Shown: positions 1 to 8,298, numbered from the stretch's first letter. The stretch: DNA of 54,852 nt from Candidatus Binatia bacterium (GCA_035762645.1 DASTOD010000567.1:1-54852), one strand, 5' to 3'. Translations and numbers: made by a program. The notes: generated by a model from the sequence alone, not told the origin.

Positions 1-138
1 CGCAATCCGATGAAGTCAGTGGTTCACGCGCTGGCGAACTGGAAGATGAACTGGCAATCGGGCAAGTATCAGAAGCCCGGGAATTTGGAAGTTAAGAGAA
101 GGAAGGAGGATGCGTTATGGGACAAAAAGCTCACGTGA
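1..138 (+). CDS. 3' end of a replication-organizer-like gene, truncated by the window start (45 codons plus stop)
   Basis: Frame 1 is open from nt 1 to TGA 136-138 (RNPMKSVVHALANWKMNWQSGKYQKPGNLEVKRRKEDALWDKKLT). Its end overlaps the helicase start at 117. The sequence continues the motif cut at the right window edge (54325..54852). Confidence 0.5.
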   Translation, partial: RNPMKSVVHALANWKMNWQSGKYQKPGNLEVKRRKEDALWDKKLT

Positions 139-1415
139 AGGAGAAGGAAGAAGATCGACTGCCGGTGCACGATTCGCAGGCGGAATGGTTTCTCCTGGCG
201 TGCGTGGTGAACAAGCCCGAACTCATCGGGGCGATCAACCTTGAGGCGATCTACCAGAGCGACGCGCGGGCGATGGGACAGCGTATGAAGGCGTTGATCC
301 TGGCGGGGCATTCGTCCGTCCAGCGGGCGGAAACGTTCGAGCATCAGTTGATGCTGGAGACGCCTGACCGGGATGTGTTCGGGAATCTGAACCGGGCTTT
401 GAACGAGTTGCCGAGTGCGCACGGATGGGATTACTGGTTGGGCATTGTGACAAACTTCCATCAGTCCCGTACGATCCGGGCGCTGGGCTCGCAATTGGAG
501 GAGGCGGCCGAAGGGATCAGGGGCGGGGACAGCCTCGGTGCGCTGAGACTCGCCGGGGAATTGAAGAGTCTCGCCAGCGGGGGACAGACAGCGGAGGGCA
601 GGACGATGCAGGAATTGGGGCCCGAATTGATTGCCGGCTGGGAGGAGCACTGGAACAAGGGGGGTGGTCTCAAGGGAGTCTCGACCGGGTTTACGAACCT
701 GGACCGGATCACGAGCGGTCTGCAGGACAATCGGCTGTATGTGATCGCCGGACGACCGGCGCAGGGCAAGAGTTCGTTCTGTCTGCAACTGGCGCATCAC
801 GCTTCGGCAGCCGGAGTGAGGACGGTGTTTTATTCACTGGAAATGCCCAACCTGGAACTGGCCGGGCGGCTGGCGGCCGAACAGGGGAGGTTCGATGCCG
901 GAGCGTTCTCGCGCGGCACCGCGGTTGAGACGGATTTCCAGAAGGCGACGATCGCCATACGCCAGACACACAAGTTGCCCCTCGTGTTCGTCGATCATCT
1001 CTGTTCGTTGAGTGAGCTGGTGGCATCCGCGCACCGACATTATGAAGCCGGGGCACGCCTGTTGATCTTCGATTACCTCCAGCGCATTCGGATTCCGAAT
1101 TTCAAGGGAACGCGCAACGATCTGGTGACGGAGATCAGCCTCACGCTGAAGGATCTGGCCATGAGCCTGAAAATTCCCGTCGTGGCCGCCGCGCAGTTGA
1201 ACCGTGGATCGGAGAAGGAAGGGCGGCGCCCCTCGCTCGCGGACCTGCGCGACTCGGGCAGCATCGAGCAGGATGCCGATTTCGTCGGTCTCCTGCACAG
1301 CGAAGGAGGCCAATCCGAGGAGAGCCTGTTGCTGGTCGGCAAAAACCGGAGTGGCGATACCGGGGTGCTCTCGTTCACCTTCCGCCGGCAGTTCACCCGG
1401 TTCGATTGTTTATGA
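117..1415 (+). CDS. dnaB: DnaB-family replicative DNA helicase
   Basis: 432-aa ORF with a GGAAGGAGGA RBS just upstream. Walker A is GRPAQGKSS. It also has FYSLEM, LLIFDYLQ, AAAQLNR and DLRDSGSIEQDAD motifs typical of the DnaB C-terminal RecA-like domain. Confidence 0.9.
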   Translation: MGQKAHVKEKEEDRLPVHDSQAEWFLLACVVNKPELIGAINLEAIYQSDARAMGQRMKALILAGHSSVQRAETFEHQLMLETPDRDVFGNLNRALNELPSAHGWDYWLGIVTNFHQSRTIRALGSQLEEAAEGIRGGDSLGALRLAGELKSLASGGQTAEGRTMQELGPELIAGWEEHWNKGGGLKGVSTGFTNLDRITSGLQDNRLYVIAGRPAQGKSSFCLQLAHHASAAGVRTVFYSLEMPNLELAGRLAAEQGRFDAGAFSRGTAVETDFQKATIAIRQTHKLPLVFVDHLCSLSELVASAHRHYEAGARLLIFDYLQRIRIPNFKGTRNDLVTEISLTLKDLAMSLKIPVVAAAQLNRGSEKEGRRPSLADLRDSGSIEQDADFVGLLHSEGGQSEESLLLVGKNRSGDTGVLSFTFRRQFTRFDCL

Positions 1416-2077
1416 GCGACTTCACTCCGGAGATTGTCGACGACGAACTGTCCGAACTGCTGACGAAGCTCTGCGCTCAACCGGACGTCAATACCGTGCT
1501 CGAGATCGGCAGCGGGGACGGCCGAGGATCCACCCAGGCGATCCTCAAGGGACTCGCCGGGAAGAATCCTCGTGCGACGCTGGGCTGCCTCGAAATCAAG
1601 TCGGACCGGTACGAGGCGTTGCTCAAAAATATCGAACCCTACTCCTCACAACTGTACTGGATTCATTGCGGTCGGCTTTCATCGGTGCCGGTGTCGGAGT
1701 GGATGCGTCGTTCCGAGATCGAACGATTCTATAAAAAGGTGCCCACCAAACTCAATGACTGGCCCCTGGAACAGGTGTTGGGCTGGTGGGATGACGAGGC
1801 CGCGCATGCGATCGTCCTCCGACAGGAGGGGATCCAGATCATGAAGCAACGCTGCGAAGTGACCGCCTTCGACCTCGTGTTGCTCGATGGCTCGCCCTTC
1901 TGCGGGGAGGCGGACCTGAGAAAAGTCTGGGGCGCGAAATACCTTGTGCTCGACGACATCGACGACATCAAAAACCGCGTGGGGTTCATCAAACTGCTCG
2001 ACCGCGTATCGGGCTACAAATTGCTGAAGTTGAATCGGACGCTCAGAAATGGGTACGCAGCCTTTCAAAGAGCATGA
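1412..2077 (+). CDS. class I SAM-dependent methyltransferase-fold protein, substrate unknown
   Basis: ATG 1412 overlaps the dnaB stop (ATGA). 221 aa. Gly-rich motif I is VLEIGSGDGRGST, followed by FDLVLLDGS and YLVLDDIDD strands. Same architecture as the protein at 36190..36891. Confidence 0.65.
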   Translation: MSDFTPEIVDDELSELLTKLCAQPDVNTVLEIGSGDGRGSTQAILKGLAGKNPRATLGCLEIKSDRYEALLKNIEPYSSQLYWIHCGRLSSVPVSEWMRRSEIERFYKKVPTKLNDWPLEQVLGWWDDEAAHAIVLRQEGIQIMKQRCEVTAFDLVLLDGSPFCGEADLRKVWGAKYLVLDDIDDIKNRVGFIKLLDRVSGYKLLKLNRTLRNGYAAFQRA

Positions 2078-2135
2078 ACAAAGTCCGGCGCGCGACGATT
2101 GACGGACGACGACCAACTCAACCGAAAGGACACCC

Positions 2136-2339
2136 ATGAACACCAATCCTGACGAACCGGCTTTTCCGACGCTTAACAGCAGGCGGGCCGGACTTTCGAG
2201 ACTCGAAATCTTCACCCTGGCGGCGATGCAGGGGCTGATCACAACCGGCTGGACTGGCAGAGAGAATGACTTGGGCGCATGCGCCGTGCTCTACGCTCGC
2301 GCGACCCTCGCCGCGCTGGAAAAGGAGGCGAGGCCGTGA
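2136..2339 (+). CDS. hypothetical protein (67 aa)
   Basis: ATG preceded by GAAAGGA. Sits in a same-strand coupled gene array. Confidence 0.6.
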   Translation: MNTNPDEPAFPTLNSRRAGLSRLEIFTLAAMQGLITTGWTGRENDLGACAVLYARATLAALEKEARP

Positions 2340-2584
2340 TTCCATACGAGGTTCTTCTGCTGGTTGTGGTAGCGTGCCTTTTGTTTGGCTTGGATCAGCT
2401 ACGGCGGATGGAAGGCGACTCGGAGTTTTGGTGGGTGGTTGCGCTGCTGTGCGTAATCAGCTTCGTGCTCGGCGCAAGCGTTATGCACCGCGTTTTCAAA
2501 AGCCACGCGGTGCGCAAAGGGCACGCGGAGTACTACCTGGACGACAAAGACTGGCGCCGGTGGCGGTGGAAAGGAGACGAATGA
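2336..2584 (+). CDS. small membrane protein with two predicted TM helices
   Basis: GTG 2336 overlaps the upstream stop (GTGA), with AAGGAGG about 9 nt upstream. Hydrophobic stretches are VLLLVVVACLLFGL and WWVVALLCVISFVLGASV. The ORF-track start at 2279 lacks an RBS. Confidence 0.6.
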   Translation: MIPYEVLLLVVVACLLFGLDQLRRMEGDSEFWWVVALLCVISFVLGASVMHRVFKSHAVRKGHAEYYLDDKDWRRWRWKGDE

Positions 2585-2856
2585 AAGGCGCGGAGTTAGA
2601 TGAAAGGGCGCAAGACTTAAACGTCGCCATCTCCGAAATCCTTTACGCCGGAGGGCACGACCGCCCAGACGAGCTGATTGTGGCGGAAATCAAAAAGGCG
2701 TTGGTTGACGCCTATCGCGCCGGGATGACGGAGGCGGCGGCAGAAGTGCGCTTGCTTTCACCGGGCACCAAGAGTGAGGAACGTGCTATCGCTTTTGAAG
2801 AGGCCATTACGGCTATTCTCGAAGCCCGCGACCGCAAAACCGGGGAGGGAACATGA
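2581..2856 (+). CDS. hypothetical protein (91 aa)
   Basis: ATG 2581 overlaps the upstream stop (ATGA) and is preceded by AAGGAG. It is the internal start of the 2266..2856 track ORF. Confidence 0.65.
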   Translation: MKGAELDERAQDLNVAISEILYAGGHDRPDELIVAEIKKALVDAYRAGMTEAAAEVRLLSPGTKSEERAIAFEEAITAILEARDRKTGEGT

Positions 2857-3137
2857 GCGACGACGAAATCAATGTTGCAGTGGCGGAGGCGTGCGGGTGG
2901 TTGGTGTCCGACTACGCCAACGACCTCAACGCGATGCACGAAGCCGTTTGCTCGCTTCATTCGGCAGATCGTGGGTGTTGGGCTTTGGAATTGAAAAAGC
3001 TTGTTCGCGGTATCGACATTGACGGGGAACCGTTCTTGGATTCTGTGGCCAACGCCACCGCCCGCCAGCGTGCTGAGGCGTTCCTGCGGACGCTGGGCAA
3101 GTGGCCCGATGACGCCGCGCGAAAGGACAGACCATGA
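2853..3137 (+). CDS. hypothetical phage protein, ABA-sandwich-like N-terminus
   Basis: ATGA overlap and a GGAGGG RBS. The N-terminus (DDEINVAVAEACGW...DLNAMHEA) resembles the common phage ABA-sandwich/DUF2591-type start. This is from recall, not a search. Confidence 0.55.
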   Translation: MSDDEINVAVAEACGWLVSDYANDLNAMHEAVCSLHSADRGCWALELKKLVRGIDIDGEPFLDSVANATARQRAEAFLRTLGKWPDDAARKDRP

Positions 3138-3382
3138 AAACCAAACACAACCAACTGAAACTCAAGCAAGCGGTCCTGACCTTGGAGGAGGGGCTGCACC
3201 GTCTCCGCTTTCTGGTCCACCCGGACCAGACTGAGGGCTTTCGCGCCTTGCGGTTGCTGCGAAAGTGGGCGCGCTCGGCACTCGAAGTCCAGGCCCACAC
3301 GCAACTGAACCGAGCCGTGAACGCTGAAGCGAAGCTCGCCGCGCTACGCAAGAAAGAGCGGTCGGGAAAGGAGAAGCCATGA
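3134..3382 (+). CDS. hypothetical protein (82 aa)
   Basis: ATGA overlap with the upstream stop, and an AAGGA RBS. Confidence 0.6.
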   Translation: MKTKHNQLKLKQAVLTLEEGLHRLRFLVHPDQTEGFRALRLLRKWARSALEVQAHTQLNRAVNAEAKLAALRKKERSGKEKP

Positions 3383-3666
3383 CCCCCTCTTTCAAACGTA
3401 AGTTCGACGCGCTATGTCGGGGAATGCGGCGCTTTGAGTGGGAGTTGCTATCTGGTAGAATACGCACAGTGTTCCCGCGCGACTGTCCGCTAACGTGTGG
3501 CACGGACCAGAGTGTTTGTTTTCCGACCGGGGCAGGATTGGATAGGGGCTTTACCATGCGCGAGGTTATGCAAGTCGTAAATGCTGCCGATAACGCACCC
3601 CGCCATAGCAAACCCATCCGCCGCGCCTTGATCAAGGCGGCGGGGTTAAAAGAAAGGAAGCCATGA
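3379..3666 (+). CDS. hypothetical protein (95 aa)
   Basis: ATGA overlap, and an AAGGAG RBS. Confidence 0.6.
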   Translation: MTPSFKRKFDALCRGMRRFEWELLSGRIRTVFPRDCPLTCGTDQSVCFPTGAGLDRGFTMREVMQVVNAADNAPRHSKPIRRALIKAAGLKERKP

Positions 3667-4082
3667 CCCCCAACCTCGAACAACTCGCGCAGGAGACGGC
3701 CGAGAAGTGTGCGAAAGAACTGATGCCGCCACGCAGTATGTGGCCAACAGGTCAAGCACCCAACGACATGCTTGCAGCTAAAATGGTTGCTCCCTACATC
3801 CTCCGCGCCCTCGAAGCGGCGGTGGAGCCGTGGAGGGCGCAGGTGCGGATGCTTGAGCAAAACATTGTCGAACAGCACAACAGGTCAGCCAACGAACTCG
3901 CCCAACTTCGCGCCCGCGAACAGCGGTTGCGGGAGTCTTTAGAGAAAATGGTCAAGTGGTGTCCGCCGATCAGAGACGAGATGGTAAACAATGCCGCTTT
4001 CAAGCAGTTCAAAGCGATTCACGCCGAAGCCCGCCAAGCCCTCGCCGACATCGAATGCGAACCAACCAATGAAAGACGATGA
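3663..4082 (+). CDS. hypothetical coiled-coil protein (139 aa)
   Basis: ATGA overlap, and an AAGGAA RBS. The C-terminal LRAREQRLRESLEKM motif is shared with the next gene. Confidence 0.6.
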   Translation: MTPNLEQLAQETAEKCAKELMPPRSMWPTGQAPNDMLAAKMVAPYILRALEAAVEPWRAQVRMLEQNIVEQHNRSANELAQLRAREQRLRESLEKMVKWCPPIRDEMVNNAAFKQFKAIHAEARQALADIECEPTNERR

Positions 4083-4425
4083 CCATATCACGCAGGTAGC
4101 CTTCGACACGAGGCCGTTTGAGGTCCACATCCCTAATCTCGAAGGCACAGCGACGGCGAGAACCTTCACAATTCAGGTGCCCGTGAGAATTGAAGACGGC
4201 GTGGAGATTCTGACCCCTGAAGCGCACAAAAACATCGCAGCTGCCAAGTTCCCGGAGTTCGCAAAGATGGTTGTAGAACTGCGAGCACGTGAGAAGAGGT
4301 TGCGGGGAGCGCTGGAGCGGATTGCGCGAAGTCACCCCGCGCGAAGCGACTTGAGGTTTGCAGCCGAGGACCTGCGGCAGTTTGCCCAACAAGCCCTCGC
4401 CGACGCGGAGAAAGGAGAAGCGTGA
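4069..4425 (+). CDS. hypothetical protein, tandem paralog of the preceding gene
   Basis: ATG 4069 chosen over the track start 3991, which would overlap the upstream gene by 92 nt. Contains LRAREKRLRGALERI, similar to the upstream protein. Confidence 0.55.
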   Translation: MKDDDHITQVAFDTRPFEVHIPNLEGTATARTFTIQVPVRIEDGVEILTPEAHKNIAAAKFPEFAKMVVELRAREKRLRGALERIARSHPARSDLRFAAEDLRQFAQQALADAEKGEA

Positions 4426-4985
4426 GTTACCGCCCCATCACCGACTTCTGGTTTCTGGCGCGGGCGCGGCTCAAAGGCGGCGTCAAGTATTACGGCGCGT
4501 ATCTTGGCGGTTTCCCTGAGCGGGCGCGGGTGCTGATCGGCTGCGGCATTAACGAGCCGCTGCTGCACGTCTGCGGCGGCATGGCGCGACTGTACCCTTA
4601 CAAGCTGGGTTTTGGCCCCAATGACAAGACGCTTGATCTCGCGCCGGAGTGCGAACCGGACTTTTTGCAGGACGCTTTGGCGCCACTGCCGATGCACGCC
4701 GGCGGTAGTCTCTGGCCCGGCATTCTCATCGACCCGCCGTATTCGCCGGAGGACGCCAAGCACTACACGCCGGGGATCATGAACTACCCCTCACCGCGCA
4801 AGCTGCTGGCCAATGCGCTGCGCTCTGTGGCGGTGGGCGGCAAGGTGGGATTGCTGCACTATGTACCGCCCAAGCCGCCGCCCGATGCGCGTTTTGTGGC
4901 CTGCGTTGCAGTGGCCTGCGGCTTTGAAAACCGGCTGCGATGCTTCAGCGTGTTTGAGCGGCTGGAGGAGAAAGGCCAGCCATGA
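4422..4985 (+). CDS. small DNA (N6-adenine or N4-cytosine) methyltransferase with DPPY motif
   Basis: GTG 4422 overlaps the upstream stop, with an AAGGAG RBS. Catalytic motif IV is ILIDPPYSPEDAKHY. A possible motif I (LLHVCGGMA) lies upstream of it. Confidence 0.7.
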   Translation: MSYRPITDFWFLARARLKGGVKYYGAYLGGFPERARVLIGCGINEPLLHVCGGMARLYPYKLGFGPNDKTLDLAPECEPDFLQDALAPLPMHAGGSLWPGILIDPPYSPEDAKHYTPGIMNYPSPRKLLANALRSVAVGGKVGLLHYVPPKPPPDARFVACVAVACGFENRLRCFSVFERLEEKGQP

Positions 4986-5212
4986 CTCTCTGGTCCGTTC
5001 AATGGCGCTCGCGCAGCAAACTGAGCGGCGCAAGGCGTCACCTGATTTATCGCGAGGGATTGCCGGTCTTGTTCCGTACGCGAAGCAAGGCGCGCGCGTT
5101 CATCGCCAAGGAATACGGCTACATTGCCCGGCGAAAGGGCCTGCGCGCCGAGCCGCACGGCTGGCGGATGCCGAGGCCGGTCAGGGTGAGAATCGTCGAG
5201 GAGAAGGATTGA
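4982..5212 (+). CDS. hypothetical basic protein (76 aa)
   Basis: ATGA overlap. GGAGGAGAAAGG lies upstream. Confidence 0.6.
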   Translation: MTLWSVQWRSRSKLSGARRHLIYREGLPVLFRTRSKARAFIAKEYGYIARRKGLRAEPHGWRMPRPVRVRIVEEKD

Positions 5213-5215
5213 ACT

Positions 5216-5764
5216 ATGCCAACTGAAACACCCATTCCGAAAGATCACCCGCTGATGGTGGCGTGGGAAGCCTACAAGGCGACGCCCGATTACGCCAACA
5301 CACGTAAATGGGCATCTCACGACGAGCACGTTGACGGCTCGCTTTGGGCTGCGTTCTCCCAAGGATGGTTCCTTTGTGAAAATCAACGCACGGAGGAAAA
5401 TTTCAGTCAACCACCAACCACGAAAGGAAACATGGGAAACCCTGCTACGGAATCCGAAAAGCCAGCAACCGCACCAATCGCCAACCTGAACTTCGGCCAG
5501 GCGATCGAAGCCCTCAAAAATGGCAGACGCGTCACGCGACCGGGATGGAACGGCCGCGGAATGTATCTCTGGCTTCTGCCGGCGACCCTGGTCAAAGCTG
5601 AATGGTGCAAGGAACCACACTTGAAGCAACTCGCCGAACAAAACGGAGGAGAGATTCGATGTCTGGGCAGCATCCGCATGCTGACAGCCGACAAAAAAGT
5701 CCTCACGGGATGGCTCGCCAGTCAAAGCGACGTCCTGGCCGAGGACTGGATGATCCTGGAGTGA
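5216..5764 (+). CDS. DUF2829 (Tad2-family)-like domain protein with an extra N-terminal domain
   Basis: GGAGAAGGA RBS. The C-terminal ~90 aa (FGQAIEALKNGRRVTRPGWNGRGMYL...WLASQSDVLAEDWMILE) match the DUF2829 signature as I recall it. Confidence 0.7.
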   Translation: MPTETPIPKDHPLMVAWEAYKATPDYANTRKWASHDEHVDGSLWAAFSQGWFLCENQRTEENFSQPPTTKGNMGNPATESEKPATAPIANLNFGQAIEALKNGRRVTRPGWNGRGMYLWLLPATLVKAEWCKEPHLKQLAEQNGGEIRCLGSIRMLTADKKVLTGWLASQSDVLAEDWMILE

Positions 5765-5973
5765 GCAAGCCGACCAAATTCAAATCGGCATCGGGGGTGA
5801 AGCCTTACCACAAAACCGAAGTGGTGATCTTCATCCCCGATTCCATGAGTGACGCCGAGGCAATTTACTGGATCGAAACGCGCGGGCGCGGATTTGCCAC
5901 CGTCGAGGCGTACCTCGAACCCACCCAACGCTTCGACGAACTGCTCATCGGTGAAAGGAGCTTCAGCGCGTGA
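5761..5973 (+). CDS. hypothetical protein (70 aa)
   Basis: GTG 5761 overlaps the upstream stop (GTGA). An alternative ATG lies at 5845. Confidence 0.5.
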   Translation: MSKPTKFKSASGVKPYHKTEVVIFIPDSMSDAEAIYWIETRGRGFATVEAYLEPTQRFDELLIGERSFSA

Positions 5974-6479
5974 ACGAACAACCTTCACTCTTGAATCCTC
6001 AGATTGGCCTCTCTTCACCGCCAGCACCAACGCCGATCACAAAACCACCCATCAAATTTTTTGTGCCGGGAATTCCAAAGACGGCCGGTAGCAAGCGCGC
6101 GTTCATGAAACCGGGAATGAAATTCCCGATCATCGTCGATGACGCGGGGCAGGCAGGAAAAGACTGGCGTGGGGACATCAAACGTTTCGCCAGCGAATAC
6201 GCGTCGCTGAATCTCATCACGTCTCCGCTCGAAGTCACCTTCACGTTTCAAATGCCCAGACCCAAGGGACATTTCGGTTCGGGTTCAAACAGCCAAGCCG
6301 TGAAGGCATCCGCCCCGAAAGTGCCCACCACGAAACCGGACCTGCTCAAAATGGCGCGTGCGGCTGAGGACGCTTTAACCGGCGTCATCTGGGTAGATGA
6401 TTCGCAGATCGTTGACGAACATCTGCACAAACGCTACGGCGCGCCCGGAATGTGGGTCGAGATAAGGGAACTGGAATGA
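5970..6479 (+). CDS. rusA: RusA-family Holliday junction resolvase
   Basis: GTGA overlap and a GAAAGGAG RBS. PGIPKTAGSKR...KPDLLKMARAAEDALTGVIWVDDSQIV...HKRY matches RusA catalytic-core features. Confidence 0.8.
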   Translation: MNEQPSLLNPQIGLSSPPAPTPITKPPIKFFVPGIPKTAGSKRAFMKPGMKFPIIVDDAGQAGKDWRGDIKRFASEYASLNLITSPLEVTFTFQMPRPKGHFGSGSNSQAVKASAPKVPTTKPDLLKMARAAEDALTGVIWVDDSQIVDEHLHKRYGAPGMWVEIRELE

Positions 6480-6755
6480 AATACCGTATCTCTGAATGGC
6501 ACGGCTGTTACGACGCCTCATGGGGTAATCTGATCACCAAAGCCAGTTTCGCTCATCCTTGAGCATATCGGCTTTCAAACGGTTGAGCGGATTCACGCCA
6601 TGCTGACTTCCGAGAAGCGTCACACGGACCTGTTCGAAGGTGAAACGGTGAAGAAGACCGAACGTAAGAGTTTCTTCCGACGCCTTGCTGAAAAGAAGGG
6701 TTCTCCAAGGATTGATTTTGAAGAAGTGATCATCGCCAGAAAAATTCACGGTTGA
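6476..6755 (+). pseudogene. probable remnant of a DNA methyltransferase gene: a 28-codon N-terminal ORF plus a +1-shifted C-terminal ~66 codons, with the catalytic core missing
   Basis: ATG 6476 (ATGA overlap with rusA) opens MKYRISEWHGCYDASWGNLITKASFAHP and stops at 6560-6562. A second frame, open 6534-6755, reads ...ILEHIGFQTVERIHAMLTSEKRHTDLFEGETVKKTERKSFFRRLAEKKGSPRIDFEEVIIARKIHG. Both pieces resemble the termini of a phage DNA methylase family (AHPAKF... and ...SFFRRL..GSP.ID). This is from recall. Confidence 0.4.
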
Positions 6756-6790
6756 CAACTTTCCCCTGAAGTGGTTCCGTCCCGATGCTG

Positions 6791-6807
6791 ACTCTGAACT
6801 TCAGAGT
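6791..6807. repeat. 17-bp perfect palindrome ACTCTGAA-C-TTCAGAGT upstream of the capsid gene
   Basis: Read directly. It lies about 135 nt upstream of ATG 6940, inside the only sizeable untranslated gap of this region. Confidence 0.5.
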
Positions 6808-6939
6808 GAACCTCGCTCCTTCAGCAAGAGCGCCGCCAGCGAACGGACAGTCCTCCTGAGCCTGGCCAGAAGGCAACGGTTGTAAAGGAACTCACCATTC
6901 CACGACGGTGAAACTGTTGCTCTTAGCAAATTCTGGCTT

Positions 6940-8253
6940 ATGGCAAACGATTGCGACAAGTATAAGGATTACCTTTTCGACCGCGCGCCTCATTTCGACC
7001 TCGACATTCTTCGCGACTGGTTCCCGACCGACGACGCCTTCATGGGCCATTTCATGACGGGCACCTGGGACGCGTTTACCGGCGCCGAACACACCTACGA
7101 CCGCGTCCATGTCGCCTTCCCGAACGTGAGCGGATGCCGTACGCCCGTCACCCGGACGCCCGACACCTGCGAGACGTGCGACCTGCCCGAAAAACTCATC
7201 GGCTGGGGCACGACCCGCAAGACCTACGGCCTCGAGGGTGAGTCCTACCGGACAAACCTGCTGTGTTTCGACCAGATCAATTCGAAGGCCGCGGCCAAGG
7301 AGCAATTCTCCCAGATCCTTCAGGGGTTGAAGGATGCCACGCGAATCATTCAGTCGAACTACCTGCGTCTGCAGGCGCTCAAAGGGGCGGAAAAGTTGTA
7401 CATCGCCAATGGGGCCGATCCGACCAAGTTCGTCACGATCAACGCCGCCCTGTTGGGGACCGATTGCACCGAGTTGCACCTGGCCGTCGGCGATCTGCCG
7501 ACGTCGCAGTTGACCCGGCCGTATCTCGAAAACTTCTGGGAACCGCTGCAGTTGACCGGTTACTTCAAGTCGAAGTACGTGCCCGCGGGCATCATGAAGG
7601 TCATCACCGACCCGACCACGACCCGCAAGCTGCGCAAGGACAATTTCGAGGAGCGTTTCCGCTACTCGGACCTGCAAAAGGGCTCGGAACTCTACAAGTT
7701 CGGGATCTCGGATGGCGTGGGCAATTTCGGTTTTGCCTGGGATCCGTATCCCATGCGCTATCAGCGCGTCGGCGGGGGAGGACTCCTCAAGCGCATCTTC
7801 CCCTGGGACAACGTCCCGGCCACCATCGGCATCAAGCCCGAAGTGCAGGCCGCTTACAGCAAGCGCAGCTACCAGATCAGTTACATCTGGCATCCGGAAG
7901 CCGCGCGCGTGCTGACCCAGCAGCTCGAAGCCATCAACTCCGAGATGCCCTTCCTCGTTCGTAACCTCGGCGGCAAGTGGTACTTTGCCGGCGGGAACAA
8001 GAGCGAGGTCATCACCTGGACCGATCCGGTCACCGGGCAAGTCTGCACGGTCGACAACAAGCGGCACAACAAGGGTCTGTTCTGGGCCGACTTTGTGAAC
8101 GCCATCCGCTACGAGCGTCCGGAACTGGTCCGCGCGATTCTGCACCTGCATGAGCCGCCTTGCGTGGTCGATGATCCGACCTGCTCGGATGAGCCCGCCA
8201 GCGTGGTTCAGGATTACGACAGCGGCAACGCGCTCTGTCCGGAGGTTCCGTAA
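6940..8253 (+). CDS. putative major capsid protein (437 aa)
   Basis: Long ORF heading the structural block, preceded by an untranslated gap and followed at once by a strong intrinsic terminator. No diagnostic motif is readable by eye, so the call rests on context only. Confidence 0.45.
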   Translation: MANDCDKYKDYLFDRAPHFDLDILRDWFPTDDAFMGHFMTGTWDAFTGAEHTYDRVHVAFPNVSGCRTPVTRTPDTCETCDLPEKLIGWGTTRKTYGLEGESYRTNLLCFDQINSKAAAKEQFSQILQGLKDATRIIQSNYLRLQALKGAEKLYIANGADPTKFVTINAALLGTDCTELHLAVGDLPTSQLTRPYLENFWEPLQLTGYFKSKYVPAGIMKVITDPTTTRKLRKDNFEERFRYSDLQKGSELYKFGISDGVGNFGFAWDPYPMRYQRVGGGGLLKRIFPWDNVPATIGIKPEVQAAYSKRSYQISYIWHPEAARVLTQQLEAINSEMPFLVRNLGGKWYFAGGNKSEVITWTDPVTGQVCTVDNKRHNKGLFWADFVNAIRYERPELVRAILHLHEPPCVVDDPTCSDEPASVVQDYDSGNALCPEVP

Positions 8254-8262
8254 TTTTCAATT

Positions 8263-8298
8263 CCGGGGCCGGAGTTAAAATTTCCGGCCTCGGATTTT
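8263..8298 (+). terminator. intrinsic terminator after the capsid gene
   Basis: CCGGGGCCGG (8263-8272) pairs with CCGGCCTCGG (8284-8293). That gives a 10-bp stem with one G-U pair and an 11-nt loop, followed by ATTTTA. Confidence 0.6.

Noticed and set aside
6534-6758. 74-aa minus-strand ORF in the rusA-capsid gap.
   Set aside because: It is antisense to the + strand frame, which gives a methyltransferase-like C-terminal translation. It has no RBS and no neighbouring minus-strand genes.
6892-8151. 419-aa minus-strand ORF antisense to the putative capsid gene.
   Set aside because: It is a shadow ORF typical of G+C-rich coding DNA, with an Arg/Gly/Leu/Val-rich low-complexity translation. It lies fully inside a better-supported + strand gene and has no RBS or operon context. 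The same reasoning applies to the long shadow ORFs at 8704..9723(-), 14658..15626(+), 15690..16667(+), 19392..20357(+), 21809..22909(-), 28765..29709(-), 31417..32691(-), 33490..34506(-), 40085..41272(-), 43312..44190(-), 4859..5725(-) and 51577..52521(+).
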